This document shows positions 31,441 through 32,000 of a stretch of 32,000 nucleotides of DNA, one piece after another. This stretch comes from Micrococcus luteus NCTC 2665 (GTDB lineage Bacteria > Actinomycetota > Actinomycetes > Actinomycetales > Micrococcaceae), in the NCBI RefSeq assembly GCF_000023205.1, contig NC_012803.1, positions 2,130,001 through 2,162,000 on the forward strand. The letters run 5' to 3'. A program made the position numbers and the translations under genes. Below the pieces are notes generated by a model. That model was not told the origin of the DNA, did no database searches, and saw only the letters and a program-made list of their open reading frames with translations. Each line of letters begins with the position of its first letter. Position 1 is the first letter of the stretch.

Positions 31441-31497
31441 CGCGGGTTGACCTATCACCAGTACGACCCCGCTCCACCCGCGACAACTCAACCCGCG
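31441..31497. repeat. REP-like palindromic element, degenerate copy
   Basis: The right arm ACCCGCGACAACTCAACCCGCG (31476-31497) is identical to 28933-28954. The left side retains only CGCGGGTTGA (31441-31450); the inner left arm is replaced by unrelated sequence. Confidence 0.7.
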
Positions 31498-31535
31498 TCG
31501 GGTGGAGGATGCGGAGAACCCCGGAGGAACGTCCC

Positions 31536-32000
31536 ATGCCCGTCCGCCACAACCCGCAGCCGCTGTTCCGCGACCTCTTCACGCCCGAGGCCGTCGCCGC
31601 CCGTGGGGGCCGCCCCGCCGCCGGCATGTTCCTCTCCTCCGGGGACCCGACGACGGCGGAGATCTGCGCCGGCGCGGGCCTCGACTACCTGCTCATCGAC
31701 GCCGAGCACGCCCCGCTGACCCTGCAGGACGTCCTCGCCCAGCTGCGCACGATCGCCGGCTACCGCGTGCCCACCCTGGTGCGTGTGCCGGCGCTGGACA
31801 CCGTGGCCATCAAGCAGTTCCTGGACCTGGGCGCCCAGACGCTGCTGGTGCCCATGGTCGACGACGCCGCGATGGCCCGCCGCGCCGTGGCCGCCGCCCG
31901 CTACCCGGACGGCTCCGCCGAGGGCGGGGTGCGCGGCGTGGGCTCCGCCCTGGCGCGCTCCGGCCGCTGGAACCGGATCCCCGGCTACCTGCCCGGCGCG
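31536..32000 (+). CDS. hpaI: 4-hydroxy-2-oxoheptanedioate aldolase (HpcH/HpaI), 5' partial (runs off window)
   Basis: Not in the track because there is no stop within the window. ATG 31536 lies 6 nt after GGAGGAA (31523-31529). My translation: MPVRHNPQPLFRDL...GMFLSSGDPTTAEICAGAGLDYLLIDAEHAP...IKQFLDLGAQTLLVPMVDDA..ARRAVAAARYP..G.RGVGSALARSGRWNRIPGYL. It is colinear with my recollection of E. coli HpaI. Confidence 0.9.
   Translation, partial: MPVRHNPQPLFRDLFTPEAVAARGGRPAAGMFLSSGDPTTAEICAGAGLDYLLIDAEHAPLTLQDVLAQLRTIAGYRVPTLVRVPALDTVAIKQFLDLGAQTLLVPMVDDAAMARRAVAAARYPDGSAEGGVRGVGSALARSGRWNRIPGYLPGA

Overview
Very GC-rich (by eye) actinobacterial chromosomal DNA. A Micrococcaceae-type origin (Kocuria/Micrococcus/Arthrobacter-like) is an inference from composition and from the close resemblance of one product to Brevibacterium/Arthrobacter homoprotocatechuate dioxygenases. 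Most long ORFs in the track are Arg/Pro/Gly-rich overprints of the real genes.

Layout:
- 60-6954: five glycosyltransferase genes for a cell-envelope glycopolymer or glycolipid. One has a broken reading frame and one is a two-domain fusion.
- 7200-7717: tRNA-Ala(CGC) and a VanZ-like gene.
- 8070-9782: a sodium:solute symporter that looks interrupted, followed by an untracked 42-aa membrane ORF.
- 9890-16950: an L-lactate module, lutCBA divergent from lldP. Two FadR-type operators (TGGTCNGACCA) lie between them. A FadR/GntR regulator is separated from lldP by a complete IS5-family (IS427-group-like) element.
- 16993-24771: housekeeping genes, namely DUF456, Lrp/AsnC regulator divergent from ald, pdxST, DedA, CitE-like lyase, a lipoprotein and an aminotransferase.
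- 24843-32000: a homoprotocatechuate meta-cleavage (hpa) cluster, comprising a FAH-RraA fusion, a GntR regulator, hpaE, hpaD, hpaH and partial hpaI.

I found no rRNA, CRISPR, prophage or recognisable defence genes, and no convincing wholly new multi-gene system.

The most interesting signals are regulatory and structural:
- An AT-rich perfect palindrome (ATCGTATACGAT) occurs three times, once before each hpa transcription unit, at fixed spacing to a start codon or predicted transcription start.
- A TANNNT-N7-start architecture recurs, suggesting leaderless mRNAs.
- The FAH-RraA fusion sits in a cluster with no hpaF in view.
- The IS lies 44 nt upstream of the lactate regulator.
- Two small families of intergenic palindromic repeats are present.
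- Two genes are broken: the symporter and one glycosyltransferase.
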